A stretch of 63,254 nt of DNA, filler included, from Octopus bimaculoides (taxonomy: Eukaryota), in the NCBI RefSeq assembly GCF_001194135.2. It is 6 parts of 6 records of this genome, joined end to end, with 100 filler letters (N's around TTAATTAATTAA, not from the genome) between each part and the next. Parts side by side here need not be neighbours in the genome. Positions count along the whole stretch, not along the records: positions 1 to 2,300 come from NW_026358849.1; positions 2,401 to 16,542 come from NC_068997.1; 4 more parts are not named here. One strand, written 5' to 3'. Below the pieces are notes generated by a model. That model made no database searches. It was not told where the DNA came from and saw only the letters and a program-made list of their open reading frames with translations. Of the stretch, positions 1 to 12,003 are shown piece after piece. The translations under genes and the position numbers were made by a program. How positions within the stretch are numbered: the first letter of the stretch is position 1; the number at the start of each line of letters is the position of its first letter.

Positions 1-284
1 ATTGATTGTTGTATGGTGAGTGAATATTTAGCAGTCAGAGGAGGCCCAATGCTCAAAGTGGCTGAGTTCCTTTCAAGCATTGGGCCTTATAGAGGCAATG
101 TGGCTGAGTTCCTTTTGTGTGTTGGGTCTCACGGAGGCAATAACTGACCTTTGGCATTATTTTGTGCTTAAGAAGAAGACTCATCAAGCCAAGCAAAAAA
201 NNNNNNNNNNNNNNNNNNNNNNNNNNNNNNNNNNNNNNNNNNNNNNNNNNNNNNNNNNNNNNNNNNNNNNNNNNNNNNNNNNNN

Positions 285-447
285 TACACTCTTGGAGTGG
301 TTGGCATTAGGAAGGGCATCCAGCTGTAAAAACCCATGCCAAATCAGACTGGAGCCTGGTGCAGCCTTCCAACTTACCAGCCCTGGTCAAACTGTCCAAT
401 CCATGCCAATATGGACAATGGACATTAAATTATGATGATGATGATGT
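285..447 (+). mobile_element. 3' end of a SINE/LINE-type retroposon with (TGA)n tail
   Basis: GGCATTAGGAAGGGCATCCAGCTGTAAAA block followed by GACATTAAAT and a TGATGATGATG tail; 5' part lost in an N gap. Family not named. Confidence 0.55.
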
Positions 448-2018
448 GGTCGGGAATGTAGCAGTTGTTTCATTCTCAAAGTCTTAANNNNNNNNNNATG
501 TAGCAGTTGTTTCATTCTCAAAGTCTTAAGAAATAATTGTTTATCTCAAGAGGGAAACTGGATAAAACCTAAGTCAGCCATTAACCTAAATGATCCAGGA
601 ATACAGAAGTTGTGTTCTTATTACCAATTTAGANNNNNNNNNNAGGAATACAGAAGTTGTGTTCTTATTACCAATTTAGAAAACATTTGACTTATAGAAA
701 TCCTCTGTTAAAACTTTGAATGCTTCCATAACTTTAAGTGTTCTTTAATCATGATATAATATTAAATGTTGTTATATATATATGTATTTCATTAATTAAT
801 TCTAGCTGTTAAGGTGAATATTTTGCTATTATAACACTCAAATTAAATCACTTGATAGAAATTTAATTTCACTCCTACNNNNNNNNNNNNNNNNNNNNNN
901 NNNNNNNNNNNNNNNNNNNNNNNNNNNNNNNNNNNNNNNNNNNNNNNNNNNNNNNNNNNNNNNNNNNNNNNNNNNNNNNNNNNNNNNNNNNNNNNNNNNN
1001 NNNNNNNNNNNNNNNNNNNNNNNNNNNNNNNNNNNNNNNNNNNNNNNNNNNNNNNNNNNNNNNNNNNNNNNNNNNNNNNNNNNNNNNNNNNNNNNNNNNN
1101 NNNNNNNNNNNNNNNNNNNNNNNNNNNNNNNNNNNNNNNNNNNNNNNNNNNNNNNNNNNNNNNNNNNNNNNNNNNNNNNNNNNNNNNNNNNNNNNNNNNN
1201 NNNNNNNNNNNNNNNNNNNNNNNNNNNNNNNNNNNNNNNNNNNNNNNNNNNNNNNNNNNNNNNNNNNNNNNNNNNNNNNNNNNNNNNNNNNNNNNNNNNN
1301 NNNNNNNNNNNNNNNNNNNNNNNNNNNNNNNNNNNNNNNNNNNNNCCAGAGAAGAGGTAAGTGCTATATTTTCTACAATCTTAAATCTATCAAAAAAAAT
1401 ATTAAGTAAATTGCATTTCCATTCTAAACATAATTTCACTTCAGTTGTTACTGAGGTTCAGCATTCATCTAATCATAAATATTTCGGTGTATAATGTTTG
1501 GTGTATTTTTAGACATGTAACGCATCTCATTAAATAAGAATTCCTTTGACCAAATCAGTTAAAGAACTGCATATATTCCATTNNNNNNNNNNNNNNNNNN
1601 NNNNNNNNNNNNNNNNNNNNNNNNNNNNNNNNNNNNNNNNNNNNNNNNNNNNNNNNNNNTGACCAACCTTTTCACCTTTTTTCATACTTAACACCCTCTA
1701 ATATCTGCTTTAATTCTCAACACTTCATGTCTGTCATCACCAGCACTCTCTGTATCCATTTCTATGCATCTCTGACCTTCATCTCTGACCTTCATCTCTA
1801 TCACTGTGTACCTCTCTCTCCNNNNNNNNNNNNNNNNNNNNNNNNNNNNNNNNNNNNNNNNNNNNNNNNNNNNNNNNNNNNNNNNNNNNNNNNNNNNNNN
1901 NNNNNNNNNNNNNNNNNNNNNNNNNNNNNNNNNNNNNNNNNNNNNNNNNNNNNNNNNNNNNNNNNNNNNNNNNNNNNNNNNNNNNNNNNNNNNNNNNNNN
2001 NNNNNNNNNNNNNNNNNN

Positions 2019-2186
2019 ACTTGGTTACATTGGTAGTGTGCGCTGAGGCATTGTCATGCTGTAGAAGTGTGCTTCTTCAATTGACCAATGCCAGCCAGTG
2101 GGCTTTCAAAGTATCATAGGCTCATTGCAGCTGTTGAGCATTAAGGTTAGCATTCCCAACATGACCATCTGAGACAAATTCAAAGG
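2019..2186 (-). mobile_element. Decayed mariner (Tc1/mariner) transposase fragment
   Basis: Reverse strand reads FEFVSDGHVGNANLNAQQLQ*AYDTLKAHWLALVN*RSTLLQHDNASAHTTNVTK, matching the mariner LLQHDNARPH second-aspartate region; two in-frame stops. Confidence 0.8.
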
Positions 2187-2300
2187 NNNNNNNNNNACAC
2201 TCCTTCGAAATGGTACCAAACACACATGACCTTCTACTTAAACCACATTCGTCAACTATTTCTTCACACTCTAGCTTTCACTAGTGAAGTTTTAGAGATG

Positions 2301-2400
2301 NNNNNNNNNNNNNNNNNNNNNNNNNNNNNNNNNNNNNNNNNNNNTTAATTAATTAANNNNNNNNNNNNNNNNNNNNNNNNNNNNNNNNNNNNNNNNNNNN
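2301..2400. other. Assembly spacer: 44 N + TTAATTAATTAA + 44 N
   Basis: The identical 100-base construct occurs five times, with the 12-mer at 2345, 16587, 19116, 41534 and 60564. Confidence 0.95.
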
Positions 2401-2675
2401 ATACATACATGCACATATATATGCCCACTCACACACATAGATTCATGCTCACAAACACACACACACGTTCCTATTCATAATTAAGCACAGACCTATTATA
2501 ATTTCAGTTGTGCGATTGCAATTAATTAATTGCAATTAATTTTGAAAAAGAAACATTTCCCTGTGAATTAAAGCTATTAATTAACATAAAATTGTCTATT
2601 AGCATCCATAATGCTATTGCCATTTATAAATCTATAAACAAAGAACATGTATATCATTATAGTTCTTTATTTCAG

Positions 2676-2746
2676 TCCTACTGTCTCCAAGACTGCAATG
2701 TCCTCCTGGCAACGTCCTTCAGGTGTTTTTGAGAATTGTTTAGACG
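2676..2746 (+). CDS. Candidate internal coding exon (PTVSKTAMSSWQRPSGVFENCLD)
   Basis: Acceptor TTCTTTATTTCAG, donor GTAAGG; 71 bp, open in phase 2 to 1; non-repetitive and GC-richer than its flanks. The minus strand is also open here. Confidence 0.35.
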
Positions 2747-2944
2747 GTAAGGTGTGAACTATGAAAGATTTAACTGTCATTTGCTGCACATCAAACCACT
2801 GCATGGCTTGATAATAAAAGTCTAAATGTTTGTGTTTCTTTGTGAAATGTAGGTGACAATATTTCATCATAAGAGTGAAGCTTTGTATCAATTTAATGGT
2901 TAAAAAAAATATACGCCTTTAGATAACATACTATATATATTTTT

Positions 2945-2981
<37 letters not shown>

Positions 2982-3445
2982 NNNNNNNNNNCTGTGAGTA
3001 GAGAATGGTGTTAGTATTGGCAAGCATTAGCTAAACATTACCTAAGGTGATTGCAACATGTAGTAGCGATAGACAGTAGCACTAATATCTCTGCTTTGAT
3101 ACCGGGTGGCTGCTACTGGAGGCGTTATCTGTTGTAGGTGTTGCAGATAATGTAGAAAATGGAGAGAATAAAAATAGAAAAAGAAAGATGTGATACCGGA
3201 GGGTGAGTAGGATGTGTCGTCGGAACCATAGTTTAGGAGAAGAGGAGGATGGAAGTGGAGGATGGTCGAGGTATATTCTTTTTTTTTTGGAATATGTGTG
3301 TCTATATGTGTGTGTGTGTCAGTGCGTGAGAGGGTGTGTGCATACATATGCGCGTGTGTGAGTGTTCGTGTGTGTATGTATGTGTGCGTGTATATATGTA
3401 TTTAAATACCTACGCTAACTCATGTGTATATACGGGTAGATTTAG

Positions 3446-3481
<36 letters not shown>

Positions 3482-4620
3482 ATTTACACACACCTGTCAC
3501 TGATATGACTATATAGGTAAGTACATATACACATATATGCATCTATATGTGCACAATATTTATATAGATATTATATACGCATAAATATATTTACTATATA
3601 TCCATATTGATATATTGCACATATATAATTATATATGAATATATNNNNNNNNNNNNNNNNNNNNNNNNNNNNNNNNNNNNNNNNNNNNNNNNNNNNNNNN
3701 NNNNNNNNNNNNNNNNNNNNNNNNNNNNNNNNNNNNNNNNNNNNNNNNNNNNNNNNNNNNNNNNNNNNNNNNNNNNNNNNNNNNNNNNNNNNNNNNNNNN
3801 NNNNNNNNNNNNNNNNNNNNNNNNNNNNNNNNNNNNNNNNNNNNNNNNNNNNNNNNNNNNNNNNNNNNNNNNNNNNNNNNNNNNNNNNNNNNNNNNNNNN
3901 NNNNNNNNNNNNNNNNNNNNNNNNNNNNNNNNNNNNNNNNNNNNNNNNNNNNNNNNNNNNNNNNNNNNNNNNNNNNNNNNNNNNNNNNNNNNNNNNNNNN
4001 NNNNNNNNNNNNNNNNNNNNNNNNNNNNNNNNNNNNNNNNNNNNNNNNNNNNNNNNNNNNNNNNNNNNNNNNNNNNNNNNNNNNNNNNNNNNNNNNNNNN
4101 NNNNNNNNNNNNNNNNNNNNNNNNNNNNNNNNNNNNNNNNNNNNNNNNNNNNNNNNNNNNNNNNNNNNNNNNNNNNNNNNNNNNNNNNNNNNNNNNNNNN
4201 NNNNNNNNNNNNNNNNNNNNNNNNNNNNNNNNNNNNNNNNNNNNNNNNNNNNNNNNNNNNNNNNNNNNNNNNNNNNNNNNNNNNNNNNNNNNNNNNNNNN
4301 NNNNNATATATATACATATATATATATATACACATACATTGTTGATTCTGGAGACATAGGTATATGTAATCACGTGTGAATGTTATAGTGTTTCAATGTG
4401 TGAGTGTATAAATCTGTGTGTGTACGTGTGTGTACGTGTGTGTATACATACATAAAACATATATATATATATACACAGGTACATTGTTGATTCTGGAGAC
4501 ATGGGTATATGTAATCACGTGTGAATATTATAGTATTTCAATATGTGAGTGTATTAGTCTCTGTGTGTGTGCGTGTATGTGTGTGTGTGCTTGTGTGTGT
4601 ATGTGTGCGTATGTGTGTGT

Positions 4621-4709
<89 letters not shown>

Positions 4710-6031
4710 TCTGATGAGGTGGTTATCATCTCTTCTTTACCCTTCAGCATTGCTCTAATTTTAATGACATAATATTAATATCAGGACATCGGTGACCATA
4801 TCGTCTTTTTTATTATTTTCCTTCATACACTCCTCTCTTTCTCGTTGTTTCAATTTCTCGCTTCTACATTTTTTTTTTCACAGCTATTCTTACGTAGAAC
4901 TCTATATTCCGATATTTCGTTTATTTTACGAAAACCGTACTGTCTGCTATGAGGGCAGTTCCGCTGATTTTTCAAGGACCACGAGTAAGATTTTAGAAAT
5001 CTGTCAATGTTATATTTTCTCTTATGGTGATGAGCTATGCCGGTGGTAGTGATGGTGCAGCTGGTGGTTAGTGAGTGTTTCTAGTGTGGATGATGCAGTC
5101 TGTTGTGATTCTTAGCCGTTTGTTTGATTTTTTTTCTTTTATTAATTTTTTTTCTACATGGCGTTCTTGAATAGATACGTTCACACATACGTACATGCAT
5201 TGCAGAAATTACGTACCTAACTACACACCTCCCTTCCTCCCTCAGTCACTCTCACCCTACCTCCCTCCTTCCATTACTCCTTCCCCTTCTCATACATGCA
5301 TGATTACATACTCACATACAAACCTATATGCATATNNNNNNNNNNNNNNNNNNNNNNNNNNNNNNNNNNNNNNNNNNNNNNNNNNNNNNNNNNNNNNNNN
5401 NNNNNNNNNNNNNNNNNNNNNNNNNNNNNNNNNNNNNNNNNNNNNNNNNNNNNNNNNNNNNNNNNNNNNNNNNNNNNNNNNNNNNNNNNNNNNNNNNNNN
5501 NNNNNNNNNNNNNNNNNNNNNNNNNNNNNNNNNNNNNNNNNNNNNNNNNNNNNNNNNNNNNNNNNNNNNNNNNNNNNNNNNNNNNNNNNNNNNNNNNNNN
5601 NNNNNNNNNNNNNNNNNNNNNNNNNNNNNNNNNNNNNNNNNNNNNNNNNNNNNNNNNNNNNNNNNNNNNNNNNNNNNNNNNNNNNNNNNNNNNNNNNNNN
5701 NNNNNNNNNNNNNNNNNNNNNNNNNNNNNNNNNNNNNNNNNNNNNNNNNNNNNNNNNNNNNNNNNNNNNNNNNNNNNNNNNNNNNNNNNNNNNNNNNNNN
5801 NNNNNNNNNNNNNNNNNNNNNNNNNNNNNNNNNNNNNNNNNNNNNNNNNNNNNNNNNNNNNNNNNNNNNNNNNNNNNNNNNNNNNNNNNNNNNNNNNNNN
5901 NNNNNNNNNNNNNNNNNNNNNNNNNNNNNNNNNNNNNNNNNNNNNNNNNNNNNNNNNNNNNNNNNNNNNNNNNNNNNNNNNNNNNNNNNNNNNNNNNNNN
6001 NNNNNNNNNNNNNNNNNNNNNNNNNNNNNNN

Positions 6032-6080
<49 letters not shown>

Positions 6081-6365
6081 CACATACACACACACATATA
6101 TATATATAGGAATAAATGCACATGTTTGTGGGTATGTATTATGTATGTATATCTGTAGATTGAGTGACAAATTAGGAATCAGTGTAATATCGATAGAAAG
6201 GTATGTATGTTGATCACTACACACACAGATAACTACACTCATACAGCTGTGTGTATATGTGTATTCATACATACATAATGCATACATATATTTGAGTGTA
6301 TATCTATCTATATATATATATATATATACACACACATATATATATATATATAGACACACACACAC

Positions 6366-6406
<41 letters not shown>

Positions 6407-6959
6407 TGCAGACAAGACACATGCATTACATACAGTGACGTGTGCTGTGGGTGTGTCATTGCATTAATGCTGATAGCATTGTGGTACACATGTAGCAGCA
6501 ACAATGGCAGTGGTGATGGTGACAGTGGAGGAAGCGGTGTGGCGACTGCTTTTGAAGTCTAGTAGCTTTCACAATACTAATGACATCGTGGATAATGACA
6601 GGGAGGTGGGGGGGAGGAGAAGGAGAAGGTAGAGAAAGAGGAGGCGAAGTGTGTGTGTGTGTGAGGGGGAGGGAAGTAGAAGTAGGAGGAGGTGGTGTGG
6701 GAGGAGTTGATAGACGAAGCGAATCGGAATTAATTCTGCGTGGAGTGCTGTAATGATGATTAAGAAGAGGGGGATGATGATGAGGGGGAGGGGGGAGGAG
6801 GCGGAGGAGGAGGAAGAGGATAAGAGGGAATGTATGAGAAAGGGCGGGAGGAATAGATTAACGGCGACGATGAATATTTTGAGGTGAATGAAGGAATGAA
6901 TGTGGTCGTTGGATGACGGGGAAGATTATAAAGAATCGAAAAATGACTGCAATGGTTTT

Positions 6960-7601
6960 TCATTGAAGCTGTTGTCGATGATGATGGTGATGATGATGAC
7001 GATGATGATGATGATTATGATGATTCTCCTCACCCTCTTCCTCCTCCTCCCTCCTGTTCTTCCGCATCGTTGTCGATCTCATTGCCAACTTCCTCATTAC
7101 ACTCGACGTCAACATCATCGTCGTCATCACCATCGCCATCATCATCATCAGCATCATCATCACCATCACCATCACCATCATCATCATCATCATCATCAAT
7201 ATCATCTTCATCGCCGCCAATGTCGTCAACGTCACCGTGTTCGGCATTGGCGTCATCATCATCATCGTTTACATCATCATTAGCAGCAGCAACAGCAGCA
7301 TCGTCATCATCATCATCATCATCGACATCGTGGTCGTGGTCGTCACCGTCGTAGTCGTCGTCGTCGTCATCATCATCATCATCATCATCATCATCACCAT
7401 CAACATCATCGTCAGCGTCGTCTTCATCCTCATCATCATTATCATCATCATCGAATCGTTTAGCGATTGCTATGCCATCTACATGTCCATATTACGTATA
7501 TTACATATCATTATTGATACTGTTGCATATTGCATATTTTATCATGTTGCGTAATAAACAATATTGCAGTTAATATGTCCGAATGCGAAAACGACTACCA
7601 T

Positions 7602-7633
<32 letters not shown>

Positions 7634-7712
7634 TGATGATGATGATGATGTTGACGACGATGATGTTGACGACGATGATGATGACGACGATGATGATGAT
7701 GAGGATGATGAA

Positions 7713-7746
<34 letters not shown>

Positions 7747-7813
7747 TTGACGACGATGATGTTGACGACGATGATGTTGACGACGACGACGACGACGACG
7801 ATAATGATGATGG

Positions 7814-7847
<34 letters not shown>

Positions 7848-8100
7848 GGAGCTGATAGTTCTGGTGGTGGTGGTGGGTGGTGTTAATGATGGCAATGAGC
7901 ATGCCGTTGGTGGAGATTGTGCTGTGTGCGTCTGTGGTGTTGGTTCCAATGATGATGATGAGGATAATGACGATGATGATGATGACTATGGTAATGATGA
8001 CGATGAATACTACTACGCCAACGACTATGACGATGATGGTGGTGATGATGATGACGATGGGGATGATGGTGATGATGATGAGGATGATAAGAACGAAAAT
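6960..8100. repeat. Compound trinucleotide microsatellite field (GAT/CAT/GAC/CGT)
   Basis: Long imperfect (CAT)n at about 7100-7455 followed by (GAT/GAC)n at about 7600-8090. Confidence 0.95.
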
Positions 8101-8300
8101 ACCGAATGCATAGACTAAAAATACTCTCCATGCTGTTGTTGTTGTTGTTGTTGTTGTTGATATTGTTGTTGTCTCAGTTATAGTTGCTATTCTATTTCAT
8201 GTCCCAGAATATTGTCGCAGCGCGGGAAGCTTTTATTTTATTTTTATTTTTTTCTTAATATCATTGCAGTGTCATTATTTTTCTTTTATTCCTTTAACAG

Positions 8301-8448
8301 AAGAGAATATGCTGTTACCATAAACCGTTTCCGTGAAAACCGTGTCTGCTGGAAGAAAAAAAAAATGGAAGAGGTTAACCTGCCACCGATTCATCGACCA
8401 GAATGCTCACAACACAGTCGATTCCACAAAAGCATTTACGAGTCAATG
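8301..8448 (+). CDS. Candidate internal coding exon (REYAVTINRFRENRVCWKKKKMEEVNLPPIHRPECSQHSRFHKSIYESM)
   Basis: Long polypyrimidine tract TTTTTCTTTTATTCCTTTAACAG, donor GTAACA; 148 bp, phase 2 to 0, open frame. Confidence 0.5.
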
Positions 8449-9411
8449 GTAACAGTAATCCGGACAATGTTTCTTATTGTCTTACACACCCACCATGTCT
8501 TTCGTTGTCTTTTTTTTCACATTTCGTTGTTTTTTTCTTTAATTGCTTAATATATTCGGGAAGATGCATGCTCTAGTGTTTAGTGTGTTGCATTCACAAT
8601 TGCAAGATCGCGATTTCGATCCTAGTAATGGCTGAGCCTTGAGTTTCGTCTATATATTTTTTCTCTTTGTTGCGTTTCTTTTTTGTGTTCTTCATTTCAC
8701 GTTGCTCCATTTCACCTTGCGACGGACGGGCGTTCCCTTTAGAAGATATTTTTGCCTGCCTTCCTAGCCACAAGGCATCATTCGAAAGACAGTACAATAC
8801 CAGGAAGTGCAATGTGACAAGTGGCGTATAACAGCATTTGAAATTTGGTCCATACGCTTATTTAACTTAACCTTAATTGTTCTCATCAGCTGTGCCACAA
8901 ACACGCTTTGCTAAATAACGACCAACACATTTTGGGTGGAAGTAATTTGTGGCGTTTGAGGAATCCGTGCATTTTGCACTTATCTCTTTGTAAAAAGAAA
9001 ATGCGTTTCCTTTCACATCAGGTGCAAACTTTAATTACTTTCGTTCTTGCAATTTCTTGCAATAGAGAGTCATGTTGCAGTCAAGTGCCCCATGTAATTT
9101 TAGTGAGTGTATCATTTTAGCATCTAATTTTTTTTATTTATTTCAGCTATTGAAGCACCCCCATGGGGATATNNNNNNNNNNNNNNNNNNNNNNNNNNNN
9201 NNATATATATATATACCGAAGTCTAGTACGTATTCTATCATACTATCAATCTCTTTCATCGTTCTGCTAAATAACGGAGCCTAAACAAGCCAGAACCTGC
9301 TGTCAAGTAGTGGAGCATAAACACAAACACATACACACAGATAGATGCGTGTGTGTGTAAGTCTATTTATCTATCTATCTATCTATCTATCTATTTATCT
9401 ATCTATTCATG

Positions 9412-9563
9412 TCGTCTTCCACAAAGTTTCTCTCTGCCAAATCCACTAGCAAGGCATTGGTCGGTGCAACGTTGTAGTAGAAGTTACTTACTCAAAGTAC
9501 CGCGCAGTGGGACCGAAATCTAAATTACACAGCTTCAAAGCGACCTTCTTAACCACACAACCA
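9412..9563 (-). mobile_element. tRNA-head SINE, family B, 5' half
   Basis: Reverse strand matches the CCCACTGCGTGGCAC...GTGGATTTGGTAGA family also seen at 16.1, 35.1 and 61.1 kb. Confidence 0.7.
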
Positions 9564-9700
9564 ATTTGAGCTATACGAGACATTTTCCTACATTGAGTAT
9601 AGATTTGGTGACATAGACTAAATACTGTCCATATATTTCTTGCTTGTCCTTCTAATTTATTTTAATTGTATATTCTAGCTTATAATATTTACAATAGGTA

Positions 9701-9860
9701 GTTAGAAAGCCGGGCCAAATGCTTAACAGCATTTCGTCCGTACTTATGTGGTGAGTTCAAATCCACTGAGGTCGACTTTGCCTTTCATTTTTTTCGAGGT
9801 TGACAATATAAGCACCAGGTGAACATTATAATCTATGAAATCGACTTATCACCTCCCCTG
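9701..9860 (+). mobile_element. tRNA-head SINE, family A (GTCGACTTTGCCTTTCATCC core)
   Basis: B-box-like GAGTTCAAATCC followed by the family core; many homologous copies in the window. Confidence 0.8.
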
Positions 9861-10516
9861 AAGAATCAGTATTTACAATTGGTAGCGCGTTAAGTGCTTT
9901 TATTTGTAATTTTCAAGTTGTGTTCACCATTTTTAACTATCGTACTCCGTAGATAAATACTTGGATAAATTGGTTCATTGGACCCTTGTTCTACCTCATC
10001 TGTTCTTAATTTTCTATAATGTCTGGCCGACTTCCTTATCAGTGTTTAACGATTAAGACAACTTGTCCCGGAGCACTTGTCAAAACATTATTCTAACATC
10101 TTGGCTATAAAATGTTAAAATCTCAGAATGTTTTGAAACTACGTCTCGAATTTGGGGTCATCGCCAGTTTGATTTTCTAACCAGTCTCTTCACGATTTAG
10201 GACTGTACTTAATGTATCAAGAGAAAGGCCAAAACTTTGTAGCGAAACTGATTCTCGGAATATTCACCTTTGCATCAAGTTTCATGGTTTTGCACATTTG
10301 ACTTCCAATTTGTTATGCTACACTTCATGAATCCTATAACTATTGCTGACAATTTATTCATCCCATTCAATTTACTTTCGATGAATTCAACTCTGTTATT
10401 CCATATATTTCCTATAGTGTATCCAGGTGCTGAATGTTGAAATAAAAGCGCACAAGTTCTTTTATTTCAGTATGCAGTCTCTTAATATCCTGTTCAATTG
10501 AAATCTCTCTTTACAG

Positions 10517-10553
10517 GCATAAGAAACAATTACGCAACACTCCAACCCTTTAG
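10517..10553 (+). CDS. Candidate small exon (IRNNYATLQPF)
   Basis: Acceptor AAATCTCTCTTTACAG, donor GTAGGA; open only in phase 1 to 2. Confidence 0.25.
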
Positions 10554-11017
10554 GTAGGATATTATCTCTCTCATAATGCAGTTACATCTTAAATTATGCT
10601 GATGTTATAGCACTGCAGAAGTTACAAGTATAGGTACAGAGCATGCCGTTTTTAGAGTCATCCATATGTATAGGTCTTAATAACAGGATTGGATTTCTTA
10701 CATCAGCCATTTGATATTTAGGATGGGCTCATTATTGCATTATTAAAACGGTTGCTTATATTTTAGTAGGAGATATATGCAGGTGTTTTATTCAAAGTTC
10801 CGGAGTTTCTATGCCCCAGATAACAACCAGTTACTTATCTTTGGTTCAGTTGTATTTTCCGGTTTTTTTAAAAATCTTTCCACTGTTTGTTACATGATTT
10901 AGCTTTTCTTTTGTCATGTGAATGTATTTGTTTTATAGAACATTTCTCTGTTTCTTTCATTCTTAAGCTCTCTTTTGGTGAATAAATATATTTGCATCAC
11001 GTCCCTTTAAACTGCAG

Positions 11018-11050
11018 TCCTGCGTTAAACGATACGTGGTTGAACATCAG
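11018..11050 (+). CDS. Candidate small exon (PALNDTWLNI in phase 2, or SCVKRYVVEHQ in phase 0)
   Basis: Acceptor CTTTAAACTGCAG, donor CAG|GTATTG; 33 bp. Confidence 0.3.
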
Positions 11051-11382
11051 GTATTGGCAATGTTACAACGCGTTTCGGTAATTGAACAATAGGATCGGTG
11101 ACACATTGTACCTAGGAGATAAAGAAATTTTAGAGGACAAATAATCTAATAAGTTACGATATTCATTGACGAGGGCCCAATTCTAAGGAGTACGAAAATT
11201 TGGGGGGTCCTCTACGAGGAACATCTGAATGGTTCCTTTACCAGAATACAAGTATGGTGTATTCTACTGAAGACTAATTAGAGCTTAGGAAACATTTGGT
11301 CTTGCAGTGCTACAGAGTGCCGTTGTCAATTAAAGGAAAACTCTACGGACACGTCAGTGTCCTCAACTGTGCCGCTCCAAGA

Positions 11383-11542
11383 TAGGCACAAGGCCCGAAA
11401 TCTTTGGGGAGGGGGCCAGTGGATTAGATCACCCTCAGCACGCAACTTAATTTATTGATCCCGAAAGGATGAAAGGCAAAGTCGACCTCGGCGGAATTTG
11501 AACTGAGAACGTAAAAACAGGCGAAATACCGCTAAGCATTTC
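11383..11542 (-). mobile_element. tRNA-head SINE, family A, truncated
   Basis: GGATGAAAGGCAAAGTCGACCTCGGCGGAATTTGAAC, the reverse complement of the family core. Confidence 0.85.
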
Positions 11543-11967
11543 AAATTATATAGACTCCATCAACAAGCATTTCAAAAAGAGGCGGAATAAAAAAGAAATT
11601 TCTATGGCAGCTGAGAGTGATGACCCTGGTGTGACGACAAGGTTTCAATTTTTGTTTTTAAATTCTTAGTACTGAAAATTAAAATGCTTTAGTACGGAGA
11701 ACTCATTATGGAACTGAAAAGTATTTTTTGCTGCTCTACGTGATAATATACTTATGAGAAAGTATAAAGTATATCTTCTTTCTTTTCATTTTTATGTTTT
11801 AAATAGTTCTTTTTGCACTTAATGTAACCACACACATCTAATGCTTTTGTAACCAGTTTTTGTAATATCCTTCATTTGTCTACTTTGTAGAAAATAAAGA
11901 CGCATTTGCTATTGTATTGCTGCTTGTGTTGTTATCATTATTAATTTGATTTTATCATCACCATCAC

Positions 11968-12003
<36 letters not shown>

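Noticed and set aside
2515-2536. 22-bp perfect palindrome ATTGCAATTAATTAATTGCAAT
   Set aside because: AT-rich and low complexity, with no associated feature.
2667-2891. Minus-strand 74-aa ORF as an exon of an antisense gene
   Set aside because: It overlaps the plus-strand candidate, which has stronger splice signals and agrees with the strand of the main exon; not excluded but unsupported.
6900-7554. Poly-His, poly-Ser and poly-Ile ORFs
   Set aside because: Alternative frames of the same (CAT)n repeat.
7530-7886. Poly-Asp ORF resembling acidic biomineralisation proteins
   Set aside because: Pure GAT/GAC microsatellite, open in several frames on both strands, with no signal peptide or splice support.
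8870-8895. CTGATGAGAAC-AATTAAGG on the minus strand, like the 18.96-kb family with a deletion
   Set aside because: Too short to distinguish from chance, and it lacks GAAA.
11063-11102. Possible minus-strand hammerhead remnant (CCGAAACGCGTTGTA)
   Set aside because: The palindrome and GAAA are present but the 5' core is not recoverable; too degenerate to call.
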